In this document: positions 1 through 9,788 of the stretch, in pieces
Position numbering within the stretch: position 1 is the first letter of the stretch
Layout: each line of letters begins with the position of its first letter
IMG/VR virus record: IMGVR_UViG_3300028588_000820
Origin: a virus
DNA length: 64,000 bases
Direction: 5' to 3' (one strand)
The notes under the pieces: generated by a model
The model's database searches: none
Told to the model about the DNA's origin: nothing
The model's input: the letters and a program-made list of their open reading frames with translations, nothing else
Position numbers and translations under genes: made by a program

Positions 1-897
1 ATGACGCTCTCTCCTGATCAAATGAAAGAAACCGCACTGCCACGTAAGCTGTTCGTAGGCAACAGCTACGAAACCATTTACACCGATATTCTGCGCGAGC
101 TGAAAGACACGCCGGAATTCACCCCAGTAACCCGCGGCATTGGCTGCCGTGAAATCACGAACCTGTCGATCGAGCTGACCGATCCACGCAATCGCTTCGT
201 CTGGAACAAAGCGCGTGACGTGAACTATGAGTTCGCGATGAAGTTCTTCCTGTGGATGCTGAATGGCGACACCGACTTCTCGTACGTTGCTGGTTCGAAT
301 GCCAATGCGCAGAACTTCGCCGACAAGAAGGATGACAAGGCGATGCCAGCAAACTTCTCGACCGCTTATGGTCCTCGCATCCAGAAGCAGCTGCCATACA
401 TCCTGGAAGAACTGAAGCGTGACAAGGAATCGCGTCGTGCAGTGATCCACATCCTGAACGAAGGCGATCTGGACATGCTGGGCACGAACACCAAGGAAGA
501 ATATCCTTGCACCGACTCGCTGACCTTCATGATCCGCGACAACAAGCTGCACATGTACACCCACATGCGTTCGAACAACATGGTTCTGACCATCTGCTAC
601 GACATGTTCAACTTCACCATGTTCCACGAGTATGTGCTGCGTGCACTGCAAGTGGCATACCCTGACCTCGAGCTGGGTACGTACTACCACAACATCGTGT
701 CGGCACACTACTTCGATCGTGAGCAAGCTCTCGTTGATGCAGTGCTGGCAAGTACCGAAGTTGGCATGAGCCAGAAGAAGCCAAAGGTGCTGACTGTCGA
801 TGTCGGTGACACCAAGCCAAGCGCGGTGAAAGCAGCCATCGAAAAGATCGTTGATGCTGTACGTCCTACTGGTACGAACTCGGCCGGTCCGCAGTAA
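1..897 (+). CDS. Thymidylate-synthase-family dCMP-modifying enzyme (RB69-type gp42, dCMP hydroxylase/hydroxymethylase-like)
   Basis: AYGPRI, SRRAV, EYPCTDS (catalytic Cys), MRSNNMVLTICYD with Asp at the ThyA Asn specificity position; start is at the window edge. Confidence 0.8.
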   Translation: MTLSPDQMKETALPRKLFVGNSYETIYTDILRELKDTPEFTPVTRGIGCREITNLSIELTDPRNRFVWNKARDVNYEFAMKFFLWMLNGDTDFSYVAGSNANAQNFADKKDDKAMPANFSTAYGPRIQKQLPYILEELKRDKESRRAVIHILNEGDLDMLGTNTKEEYPCTDSLTFMIRDNKLHMYTHMRSNNMVLTICYDMFNFTMFHEYVLRALQVAYPDLELGTYYHNIVSAHYFDREQALVDAVLASTEVGMSQKKPKVLTVDVGDTKPSAVKAAIEKIVDAVRPTGTNSAGPQ

Positions 898-907
898 TTT
901 TTCAATC

Positions 908-929
908 GAGGACCTACGGGTCCTCATTT
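908..929 (+). terminator. Hairpin/terminator
   Basis: GAGGACC-TACG-GGTCCTC followed by ATTTT. Confidence 0.6.
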
Positions 930-943
930 TGCAGGAAAATAAT

Positions 944-1177
944 ATGAAGAAGTTCATCGACCTCACCGTTGCCATCAAAGACTTTTCCGAGAAGGAGCTT
1001 ATTGAGCAGGCAATCAAGCACAAGAATGTTCACGTCAAGAGTAGCTACGCAGCTGGCTTGTTCCTGATCGTCGACACTGACCAAGGACTATTTCACCTGA
1101 AGTACCTTGAAGCCAAGGAGGTTAAAGGCGGACAACCGACCATCACTTATCGGGTGATGCGAGCAGTTGACCAATGA
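944..1177 (+). CDS. Small hypothetical protein
   Basis: ATG after AAAATAAT motif; similar to the next ORF. Confidence 0.7.
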   Translation: MKKFIDLTVAIKDFSEKELIEQAIKHKNVHVKSSYAAGLFLIVDTDQGLFHLKYLEAKEVKGGQPTITYRVMRAVDQ

Positions 1178-1392
1178 TCCAGATCGTTAAGATACACGCC
1201 AAATACTTTTCCAAAAAGGCAGTGGTTGAGATGGCACTTGAACAAGCTGGCATCTCTTTCACTAGCATCAACATCTACCATCGCGAGTACGAAGGTCTGT
1301 ACTCATTCGTGAAAACAAACGAGGGCGACTTCACGCTTTACGTTCGTGGCACCGAAGGTCCGATGATCTTCTTCGAGGTGACATACACATGA
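1174..1392 (+). CDS. Small hypothetical protein (paralogue of 944-1177)
   Basis: ATGA overlap coupling; shared motifs. Confidence 0.7.
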   Translation: MIQIVKIHAKYFSKKAVVEMALEQAGISFTSINIYHREYEGLYSFVKTNEGDFTLYVRGTEGPMIFFEVTYT

Positions 1393-2045
1393 AGCAATAT
1401 GAAAATTTAGTACACGCCCTCTCAAAGCCCCTGTTCGTCCCTGGGGTTGCGATGCTCCCTTATGCTGAAGACATAGTACAGACAGCCGAAGATATTCACC
1501 GGCGGCGTCCTTATGGTTCCTTGGATGATCAGGTAACTAAGTGTCTGATTGGTTCCGTTTGCGAACACGCAGCGAAGGAGATGCTGAACACCAAGGACGT
1601 ATGGTCGCGATTCTCTAAGCAAGAAACGTATGAAGATCGCATGTTCGATCTTGCGGTAATTCAGCGTGATAAGTATGAGCAATGGCTGCCTTACGAAACG
1701 AAAATTGACGTCAAGAGCAGCAACAAAGATTGCGCCGGACAATACTTCGCCTTCAACTGCTACGACACTTCGATTCAAGAAGAGTACGAGCCGCAAGATG
1801 GAAGGCCAGGTGCCAATCTGCATTTCTTCATTCGCAAATCGCTTGACACTGAATTGCTGTTGACGATGGACCGATTCGAACTCGCTGATGGATGGTTGGT
1901 GACTGCAAAGTACTTGATCCATCGCAAGGCATTCAACAAGATGTTCCGCGTCTCGCAGTTTGATCGAAGCCCATACTATTATCTTCGGTATGAGGATATG
2001 ATCCGCGATGGAACCTGTGTTAAAATTCCGCAACAACCCTCCTAA
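1389..2045 (+). CDS. Putative PD-(D/E)xK nuclease
   Basis: G..CE helix, FDLAV, KIDVKS pattern. Confidence 0.45.
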   Translation: MKQYENLVHALSKPLFVPGVAMLPYAEDIVQTAEDIHRRRPYGSLDDQVTKCLIGSVCEHAAKEMLNTKDVWSRFSKQETYEDRMFDLAVIQRDKYEQWLPYETKIDVKSSNKDCAGQYFAFNCYDTSIQEEYEPQDGRPGANLHFFIRKSLDTELLLTMDRFELADGWLVTAKYLIHRKAFNKMFRVSQFDRSPYYYLRYEDMIRDGTCVKIPQQPS

Positions 2046-2057
2046 GGAAATTCCCTA

Positions 2058-3134
2058 ATGAACGTATTATGGTTGCCCATCTTCTCGATGCGGTCCTATG
2101 ATACGGGACAATATGCCATCACCAAAGATGGCAACTTCCAACTCACGCTGTCCCGTATCCTCGCCTCCGACTTCGACGAACTCACTGTCGCAGTTCCACA
2201 TGACTGCTCCGACTTTGACGAGTTCAAAGCTCAAACCAAAGAAGCAATGTCTGGTAAGAACATTCAGTTCGTCCGCTTGCACTATGGTGAGAACGCAGTC
2301 GACACTCGCAACAAGTTCTGGAAGCTGAATGAAGGCTTCTTCTACTCGCACTACATCCTCAACTTTGATCTTCTGATCACCGACATCACTGGCTATACCG
2401 GTACGATGTCCTACGACATTCCGTTCATCAACAACTTCAACGTTACGAAGCTGCCTGAACTGAATCGTCCTTACATTGATCAGTTCTTCGAGACAGACAT
2501 CAAGAACATGGAAGCTGCGTTGTTCACGACCGTGATCAATCCACGCCAACGTGAATACATCCTTGAAGTTGCTCCGCATCTTAAGGACAAGGTCATCGCT
2601 TACACCAAAGTCGCTCACTACAGCTTGATGCCATCCGATAACAAGACGCGTATCTTCACCCCGTTGCGTACGATCTTCTGGCCGTTCCGCATCAGCGACA
2701 AGGCATATCAGTTCGATGCTTTCGTTGAGATGTTTGAGCGAGAGAAGTTGCACAAGCGTTGGAAGTTGGTCATCACTGATCCAAATGATTCGTACAAAGG
2801 CGACCACAAGTTCATCACCAAGATGAAGCTGTCGAAAGCTGAGTACTACGAGATGCTGCAGAAGAAGCCGGTCGTGGTTATGCTCGACGACATCGATACT
2901 GTGCTGCATCCCGGTACGATCGAGTTCTTCGTGTACAACTGCCCAGTGATTACTCTTCGCAATGAGCTTGTTAACAACGCGCTTCAAGCGGAATCGATCG
3001 ATCACATTCCACAGGTCCTTGCAGACATGGGGTATAATGATCTCACTAACGTGCGAGACTTTTACTACGTCGGTAGTGAAGTTAGCACGATTTACAACAA
3101 AAATAATATCGCCAAATGCTTACCAAATTCCTAA
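2058..3134 (+). CDS. Putative glycosyltransferase-like protein of a cytosine-modification cluster
   Basis: N-terminal PIFSMRSYDTGQYAITKDGNFQL recalled from RB69-like modification loci; GT-B-like C-terminal pattern (IFWPFR, HPGTIE..YNCPVI). Confidence 0.55.
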   Translation: MNVLWLPIFSMRSYDTGQYAITKDGNFQLTLSRILASDFDELTVAVPHDCSDFDEFKAQTKEAMSGKNIQFVRLHYGENAVDTRNKFWKLNEGFFYSHYILNFDLLITDITGYTGTMSYDIPFINNFNVTKLPELNRPYIDQFFETDIKNMEAALFTTVINPRQREYILEVAPHLKDKVIAYTKVAHYSLMPSDNKTRIFTPLRTIFWPFRISDKAYQFDAFVEMFEREKLHKRWKLVITDPNDSYKGDHKFITKMKLSKAEYYEMLQKKPVVVMLDDIDTVLHPGTIEFFVYNCPVITLRNELVNNALQAESIDHIPQVLADMGYNDLTNVRDFYYVGSEVSTIYNKNNIAKCLPNS

Positions 3135-3664
3135 TTTTTGATGGCGTTGATGAAGTGGGTAAAAGCACTTTCATCGAAACGCTAAAGATGAATCCGGAAT
3201 GCGTTGGTCGAGTTGTCGAACTGAACTTCCCAAAGCTACTTCCGAGTGGCAAACTGCTACGAATCAACGATGAGAAATCATTTGAGCTTCTGTTTGCAGC
3301 ATTCGACTATCTCAACCCGCATTACACCTACATCCTCGATCGCTTCATCACCTCGAATTTAGTCTACGACAAAGTCTTGCGTGATGAAGACATCAGTGAA
3401 TCACTTCACTACTGGAACGAGTTCCTCACTCGTTTCAATGTTCGCCAATACATCTTCACTCGCCCAGCGATTGATCACGACTTCGTCGATGACAAGATCA
3501 AGATGAGTCGTGACAAGTTCAATGGCTGCATCGAAGAGTACAAGAAGTATGGCACCAATTACATGTTGCTACAGCGCAATGCTACTGGCCAAGTCATCGG
3601 TGTCGACACTGAAATGAAAGCAGCTCTGACTGCCGAAATCGTGTCGTTCATCAACGATGTCTAA
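3116..3664 (+). CDS. dNMP (thymidylate-type) kinase
   Basis: P-loop DGVDEVGKST; LDRFITSNLVY. Confidence 0.8.
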   Translation: MLTKFLIFDGVDEVGKSTFIETLKMNPECVGRVVELNFPKLLPSGKLLRINDEKSFELLFAAFDYLNPHYTYILDRFITSNLVYDKVLRDEDISESLHYWNEFLTRFNVRQYIFTRPAIDHDFVDDKIKMSRDKFNGCIEEYKKYGTNYMLLQRNATGQVIGVDTEMKAALTAEIVSFINDV

Positions 3665-4067
3665 GTTCAAGAAAGTCATTATTGCTGGTTCACGTGACTT
3701 TGAGACCGAGGAGCATTACCTGCAACTCGAGTCTCAAATGGACCAACTGATCCTTACGTTTGGATTGCCAGACGAGATTGTGTCAGGCGCCGCCAGGGGT
3801 GCGGATCGGTTGGGTGAACGGTATGCAACATCAAATGGGATTAACATCGCCAGGTTCCTTCCTGATTGGGATAGGCATCCAAAACGTGCTGGCTTCATTC
3901 GCAACCAAGACATGGGTGACTATGCTGATACGCTAGTCGCATTCTGGGATGGTCATAGTAAGGGCACAAGGCATATGATTGAGTATGCCATAAAACGAGG
4001 ACTTGAAGTTATTGTGGTCCTGTTCAATAATAATAAAAATGGATCTGGAACTTTACCAGTATCTTAA
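3657..4067 (+). CDS. SLOG/YspA-like (DUF2493) protein
   Basis: IIAGSRDF, SGAARGAD, AGFIRN, FWDGHSKGT. Confidence 0.85.
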   Translation: MSKFKKVIIAGSRDFETEEHYLQLESQMDQLILTFGLPDEIVSGAARGADRLGERYATSNGINIARFLPDWDRHPKRAGFIRNQDMGDYADTLVAFWDGHSKGTRHMIEYAIKRGLEVIVVLFNNNKNGSGTLPVS

Positions 4068-4707
4068 TAACTATTCCCTTCACTCTACTCTCTCCACGAC
4101 TGAACAAACCCAGTCAGACATCAACCAAAAGAAATCAGAACGCTTAGCATCGAAGGATGTTGATTGGCCTGAAATTCATACCGCGACGATGGCTGGGTTT
4201 ATCCACAGTCCTCAACGCTTTGGGTTCGACGGATACGATGAAGTCCGTGGGCTGTATTGCGAAGTGAAAAGTTCATCAAAGATCATCAACAAGGATATTC
4301 TCCGCAAGTTCACGTTGGGTCACATCAGTCAGCGTAATCAGCTGATTGGCAATCCACTTGACGGCCGAGGTGTATTCAGTCTCTTCACGCACAACGCGTA
4401 CCAACGGTACATGGCCGAAGATGTTCGCATGCTAGTCAGTGCGTATGTTAACGGCGTGCTTATGTTCATCATCGAATTTCCTTTCAAGCATCCTACGTTT
4501 GAGCAACACATCAAACGCATGCTTGATCAGGCACTTCCCGATGGCGACAAGCCAGGCAGAGCTAAGACAATCAGCTTTGGTTACAGCCAATACAAAGATT
4601 GCGCTGATGCTAAGCTGTTGTATCTCACACATGACGGCAATCAACGAGTATTGAAGGGAGCGTGCTCTAAGCACTTCTACTCTTACCTTCTCTCGCTCTC
4701 CAACTGA
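4039..4707 (+). CDS. Putative PD-(D/E)xK nuclease
   Basis: GFDGYD...CEVKS pattern. Confidence 0.45.
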   Translation: MDLELYQYLNNYSLHSTLSTTEQTQSDINQKKSERLASKDVDWPEIHTATMAGFIHSPQRFGFDGYDEVRGLYCEVKSSSKIINKDILRKFTLGHISQRNQLIGNPLDGRGVFSLFTHNAYQRYMAEDVRMLVSAYVNGVLMFIIEFPFKHPTFEQHIKRMLDQALPDGDKPGRAKTISFGYSQYKDCADAKLLYLTHDGNQRVLKGACSKHFYSYLLSLSN

Positions 4708-4814
4708 TAATGCAGTGGGTCGATTCATTTCGGCTCACTGCATCCAACAATAAGTATCAGCAAAATACGTAGGCTATATCCACGAGTGGATATAATACGA
4801 CTCACAAGAATAAT

Positions 4815-5231
4815 ATGACGCCAAAGAACAAGAAGTTCTTTCGTTTGGCATCCCTCGCAGCAATCGCATCCACGTACCCTAAGTATCACATTGGGGCCGC
4901 GATCGTCCAAGGTCGTAAGGTCGTGTCCATCGGCACGAATAGGATGCGAACGCATACCAAACAAAAGAAGTACGCACCGTATCGCTATACCACCGCATGG
5001 GAAGCAGAAGCCGATAAGGGACGTTGCCATGCAGAGGTTGATGCGATCATCAAAGCAGGTCGCACCGATCTTACAGGGGCTTCTATCTATGTGTATCGTC
5101 AAGACCTGAATGGTCAATTGGCGAACTGTAGGCCATGTGGCGCATGTATGCAAGCAATCAAAGAGGCCGGAATCAAAGACGTGTTCTATACGTCGAGTGA
5201 TGGCTATAACCATTTGGAAATCGTCCAATGA
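4815..5231 (+). CDS. Cytidine/dCMP deaminase-family protein
   Basis: HAE and PCGAC zinc motifs. Confidence 0.85.
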   Translation: MTPKNKKFFRLASLAAIASTYPKYHIGAAIVQGRKVVSIGTNRMRTHTKQKKYAPYRYTTAWEAEADKGRCHAEVDAIIKAGRTDLTGASIYVYRQDLNGQLANCRPCGACMQAIKEAGIKDVFYTSSDGYNHLEIVQ

Positions 5232-5428
5232 ACGATCTAAAACAAACCAAAGCAGAATTGAAAGAGCTCAAGGAGAAGATGAAGATTATCGAAGACATCC
5301 TCGGTGAGTTCCTCATGAGAGATGCTTACTACCCAGATAGTGCGGTCGCAGCAGAGATGATTATGCGGATTCAAGTAACCAGTGGTGATGACAAGTTTGT
5401 AGGCGATTTGAAAAGACTTAAACGATGA
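5228..5428 (+). CDS. Small hypothetical protein
   Basis: Coupled ORF. Confidence 0.6.
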   Translation: MNDLKQTKAELKELKEKMKIIEDILGEFLMRDAYYPDSAVAAEMIMRIQVTSGDDKFVGDLKRLKR

Positions 5429-5724
5429 ATGATAAAGAAATGCTGAATGAGATTGAACGTGTTCTGTTTCAATTTCTCATTGCAACAGAGACTCACGAGG
5501 TCGCCAAAGCTATTGTCATGGAAATCCAAGGCAAGACCGGTGACGAAACGTTCGTAATGAATCCAGTCACCATGGGTTCTTATGCTAAGCCAGCAGTAGA
5601 GAAGCCAGCCACTCCGGTGTCCGTAGTGCGCGCCCTGAACGATCTAAAGCTTCGTGGCTATGAAGATGGCAAGAATACTGGTGTGGTCCTAGAACACATC
5701 CTGAAGCGCCTAGACTCGATCTAA
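5425..5724 (+). CDS. Small hypothetical protein (paralogue of 5228-5428)
   Basis: Coupled ORF; shared IE..L..FL...IQ..SGD..FV pattern. Confidence 0.6.
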   Translation: MNDKEMLNEIERVLFQFLIATETHEVAKAIVMEIQGKTGDETFVMNPVTMGSYAKPAVEKPATPVSVVRALNDLKLRGYEDGKNTGVVLEHILKRLDSI

Positions 5725-5729
5725 GCCGG

Positions 5730-6450
5730 TTGTACTTTCGCTCATACTACAAATTCTTTGTGGGAAGCCAGAGTCAATAACTGGTCCCATTGGTAGCCTG
5801 CTATGAGAGGTGAATCCATAAACGAACGAGTACGCGCCAGGCAACGATAGGCGTCGTTAACGAATCATCTAAATGTCCTTATGATGGTCGCTCGGTATAT
5901 TGGTTGGTTCAATATATAAATCTCCAGATCGATGGTTCAATTCCATCGAGCGCTATGCAAATTGAAAGTTATAGCATTAGCGGGTAAGCGTCACTGTATG
6001 CGGACCACACAAATCTCGGTAAAGCAGTACCTGGACGAGTTGGGAGTTAATCCCTGAAGTGTGAACTTTCTAGAACTACTGTTCTAGTCTTTGCGCCGAA
6101 AGGCGCTAGGGTATCCGGAGAGTTCGTAAGACGATCGATACACCTCTTCAGATAGACACAAATGAAGTAATACCAATGCAGTGATTAGTGAATGCCAATG
6201 AACTAATTGATGCATTAACGAGCTACGCGAGTGAGACCGAGATATTCATCGTGAGACAAATCCGATAGAAGATTTATGGTATTGCATTGGCATGCAAGTA
6301 TTGGATGCGTAGCAAGCTACTTCACCAATACGATTTCTTCATGTGTTCATTTCTCACTGGTAACAGCAATCGACGTATAATCCACTCACCAATTAGGTTA
6401 GATACCTGTCTTACCCGCATTGAGAAATTAGTGCAATAAATAGGTATCTA
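5730..6450 (+). ncRNA. Candidate structured ncRNA region including a tRNA-like element
   Basis: About 760 nt with no ORF in the track; many nested helices; T-arm GATGG-TTCAATT-CCATC at 5931-5947. Confidence 0.5.
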
Positions 6451-6512
6451 CGACTGGCTTGAGTTGTTCCTCAACGAGTCAGTCCTCATACAGAAAAATA
6501 ATATGGAGTTTT

Positions 6513-8405
6513 ATGACAAAGAACAAATCCATTGAGCAACAATACCGAAAGCTAGACGAAATCGACCACGTTCGTCAACGACCTGGTATGTATGTCGGCT
6601 CAATCGCAATGCATGAAGGAAACCAATGGGTCTACAATATTGAGACCAAACGGATGGAAAGAAAAGACATCGCCTATAATCCAGGTCTGATCAAAATCTT
6701 CTCTGAAATCCTGGACAACTCAATCGATGAACACAAGCGAAATCCAAATCGTCTTGACGTCATCAAGGTAGACATCAACGACGACGGTTCGCTATCCATC
6801 TACGACAACGGTGGTATCCCAGTCGAACTACATAAAGACGTCGGCCAATACGTTCCAGAAATGATCTTCTCCGAACTACGTGCCGGTTCGAACTTCAACG
6901 ATGAAGATGATCAAGCTCTGATCGGTACCAACGGTGTCGGTTCATGCCTTACCAACATCCTCTCCACTTCGTTTATCGTTGAGACCTGTGATGGCAAAAA
7001 GCTATTCAAGCAGGAATTCAATAATGGCATGCGTGAACGTTCCGAACCAAAGGTCAAGCCTAACGTAAAGAACTTTACTCGCATCACCTTCACTCCCGAT
7101 TACGAGTACTTCAAAACGAAGCTCGATGAAGGCAATAAGCTGAAGTTGATCAAACGAGTCATTGACAGTGCAGGTTGCAACCCAGGGATCAAATTCTACC
7201 TGAATGGTGAGAAAGTCAACCTCAAATCCTACGAAGACTACGTGGCGCTATACGCTGACGAATACGTCTATGAAGGCAATGATGAATGGAAGATCGCAGT
7301 AGCACATTCCGCTGAAGGCTTCGATCAGATTTCCTTCGTCAACTCGGTTGAGACATATACTGGTGGTACGCACGTCGATTACATCTACTTGCAAATCGCA
7401 CATCAGCTACGTGCATTCTTCCTGAAGAAGCACAAGGTCGACGTCAAGCCTGGCGACATCAAGCAACACCTCCGTCTGTTCATCTCTGCTTCGAACATCA
7501 ATCGTCCGAAGTTCTCGTCCCAGACGAAAGAGAACATGATCTCGGAAGTGAAGGACTACAAATCGTCCTACAAAGTCAGCGAAGACTTCATCAAGAAGTT
7601 GTCGAAGTCGAACGTCATCCGTGCCGTGCTTGATTGGGTGGCTGCCAAGACGCTGATGCTAGAACGCCAAGCTCTACGCGAACTCGACAAAGACACCGCA
7701 AAGCAAGACCCGAACCGTGTTCCAAAGTTCTGCGATGCGACCGAAAAGAAGGACCGTTCGAAGTGCATGCTGTTCATCACCGAAGGTGACTCGGCAGCAA
7801 AGGCAATCATCTCGGCAAAGACTGAAAAGAATGCTAAGTTCATTGGCTCATTCCCTCTGAAGGGTAAGCCACTAAACGTGAACGACATCGAGACCAAGAA
7901 GCTCGTTGCGAACCAAGAGTTCAAGAACTTCATGATCATTACTGGCCTGAAGCTCGGTGAAGAAGTCAAGGACGTCAAGGACCTACGCTTCGGCAAGATC
8001 ATCTTCATGTCTGACCAGGACTTGGACGGCTTCCACATTCGTGGTTTGCTGATTAACATGATCTACCGCTTCTGGCCTGAACTGTTCCGAATGGGTGTGA
8101 TCTACGCGTTCCGTACTCCGATTGTGCGCGTGTTCCTCGACAAGAAGAAGATCACCAACTTCTATACCGAGAACGATTTCAAGGCATGGGCCACGAAGAA
8201 CGTCGATACTAAGTACAAGATGAAGTACTACAAAGGTCTTGCAACATCGACTGCAACAGACTTCAAGTCGTACCTCGAAGACATGGACACCCACCTGGTT
8301 CCGTACACTGTCGAAGATGAAACCGACGTTGCCGCTATTGATCTAGCTTTCTCGAAAGAGAAGGGTGCTGCTGACAAACGAAAGGCGTGGTTGGCACTGG
8401 ATTAA
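6513..8405 (+). CDS. DNA topoisomerase II large subunit (T4 gp39+gp60 fused)
   Basis: RPGMYVGS, EILDNSID, GTNGVGS, TEGDSA, PLKGK, DQDLDG, YYKGL. Confidence 0.96.
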   Translation: MTKNKSIEQQYRKLDEIDHVRQRPGMYVGSIAMHEGNQWVYNIETKRMERKDIAYNPGLIKIFSEILDNSIDEHKRNPNRLDVIKVDINDDGSLSIYDNGGIPVELHKDVGQYVPEMIFSELRAGSNFNDEDDQALIGTNGVGSCLTNILSTSFIVETCDGKKLFKQEFNNGMRERSEPKVKPNVKNFTRITFTPDYEYFKTKLDEGNKLKLIKRVIDSAGCNPGIKFYLNGEKVNLKSYEDYVALYADEYVYEGNDEWKIAVAHSAEGFDQISFVNSVETYTGGTHVDYIYLQIAHQLRAFFLKKHKVDVKPGDIKQHLRLFISASNINRPKFSSQTKENMISEVKDYKSSYKVSEDFIKKLSKSNVIRAVLDWVAAKTLMLERQALRELDKDTAKQDPNRVPKFCDATEKKDRSKCMLFITEGDSAAKAIISAKTEKNAKFIGSFPLKGKPLNVNDIETKKLVANQEFKNFMIITGLKLGEEVKDVKDLRFGKIIFMSDQDLDGFHIRGLLINMIYRFWPELFRMGVIYAFRTPIVRVFLDKKKITNFYTENDFKAWATKNVDTKYKMKYYKGLATSTATDFKSYLEDMDTHLVPYTVEDETDVAAIDLAFSKEKGAADKRKAWLALD

Positions 8406-8414
8406 ATAACAAAT

Positions 8415-8449
8415 TGCGGTGTTGAAATGATCAAACATTCAACACCGCA
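8415..8449. other. 12-bp inverted repeat between the topoisomerase subunit genes
   Basis: TGCGGTGTTGAA...TTCAACACCGCA. Confidence 0.6.
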
Positions 8450-8481
8450 TGTTAAAATTTCTCCCATCACAAAAATAATAT

Positions 8482-9786
8482 ATGCGTCTAAAAACATTCT
8501 TTGACGAAGAGATGAAACTCTTCTCAATCTACGATAACGTCCGTTCCATTCCGGATGCGATCGACGGCTTCAAACCAAGCCAACGCAAGTGTATCTTCGG
8601 TATGTTGAAACGCGGTGAAAACGCCGCAGAGATTCGTGTCGAAAATGCTGCAAACCACATCGCTGCAATTTCCGATTATCACCACGGCGCTTCTGGTCTG
8701 ATTGGTACCATCGCTAAGATGGCCCAGACTTTCTCTGGTTCGAATAACGTGAACGTCTTCATGCCAAACGGCCAGTTTGGTTCACGTCTTGATCCTACGC
8801 CTGGTGCAGGTCGATACATCTTCACGGAGATGTCGAAGAACTTCCGTATGCTGTTCAAGAAAGATGACGATGCAATTCTGAATCATCTGACCAGCGACGA
8901 AATGGTTATCGAACCTGATCGCTACTTGCCATTGCTACCAATGATCTTGGTCAACGGTGCAAGCGGTACTGGTACTGGCTATGCTTGCGAAATCCTTTGC
9001 TACAACCCAGAAGATATTCGTGCCAACATCCTAGCGGTGTTGACTAAGAAGAAGCCAAAGGAAGTTTTGCCATGGTATCGTGGCTACAAAGGCAAGGTGT
9101 ATCGCAACGAAAAGCAAACTGTCTTTGAAGGTTCGTACGAAGTGGTGAACACTACCACCCTGCGTATCACCGAACTGCCAATAGGAACGTATCAGGACGA
9201 TTACAAAGAGCATTTGAATAACCTCAAAGACGCTGAAGTGATTAAGTCCTACGCGGACTCCTCGACGGAAGACGGGTTTGATTTTGAAGTGACTGTGCCA
9301 CGTACCACCACGGCACTCGATCACGACACGATCATGAAGACATTCAAGCTCATCGCTCGCGATACCGAGAACTTCACCTGCTGGGGTCATGATGGCAAGA
9401 TGAAGGTGTTCCAGAACGCTCAAGAAATCATCAACTACTTCGTCGACTTCCGTTTGGCAAAGTACGAAGAACGTCGGTTGAAGATGATCGAGAACCTGAA
9501 CATCGACCTCGAATGGGCAAATGAAAAGCTGCGCTTCATTCGTTTCTACCTGAAGAGCCCTTCCGACTTCTCGAAGAAATCGAAGACCGAGCTGTATGCT
9601 TTGCTGGAGAAGAATAAGTTCAAACAGATCGACCGTCTGCTCCAGATTCGAATCTACTCCCTTACCAAGGAAGAGATTGAAAAGCTAGAAGCCGAGATCA
9701 CTTCACTCGAAGATCAGATCAAGGTGCTGCAAAACACAACCAACCTCGAAATGTATGTGAAAGAGCTGAAAGAGCTCAAGTTCTAA
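8482..9786 (+). CDS. DNA topoisomerase II medium subunit (gp52-like)
   Basis: DGFKPSQRK, YHHG, GQFGSR, GRYI catalytic Tyr. Confidence 0.96.
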   Translation: MRLKTFFDEEMKLFSIYDNVRSIPDAIDGFKPSQRKCIFGMLKRGENAAEIRVENAANHIAAISDYHHGASGLIGTIAKMAQTFSGSNNVNVFMPNGQFGSRLDPTPGAGRYIFTEMSKNFRMLFKKDDDAILNHLTSDEMVIEPDRYLPLLPMILVNGASGTGTGYACEILCYNPEDIRANILAVLTKKKPKEVLPWYRGYKGKVYRNEKQTVFEGSYEVVNTTTLRITELPIGTYQDDYKEHLNNLKDAEVIKSYADSSTEDGFDFEVTVPRTTTALDHDTIMKTFKLIARDTENFTCWGHDGKMKVFQNAQEIINYFVDFRLAKYEERRLKMIENLNIDLEWANEKLRFIRFYLKSPSDFSKKSKTELYALLEKNKFKQIDRLLQIRIYSLTKEEIEKLEAEITSLEDQIKVLQNTTNLEMYVKELKELKF

Positions 9787-9788
9787 CA

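Noticed and set aside
5975-6450. Group I/II intron
   Set aside because: No recognisable P7 or domain V, and the flanking genes look complete.
6513-8405. T4 gene 60-style translational bypass, or intein/intron in topoisomerase or polymerase
   Set aside because: The ORFs are continuous, of normal length, with contiguous motifs.
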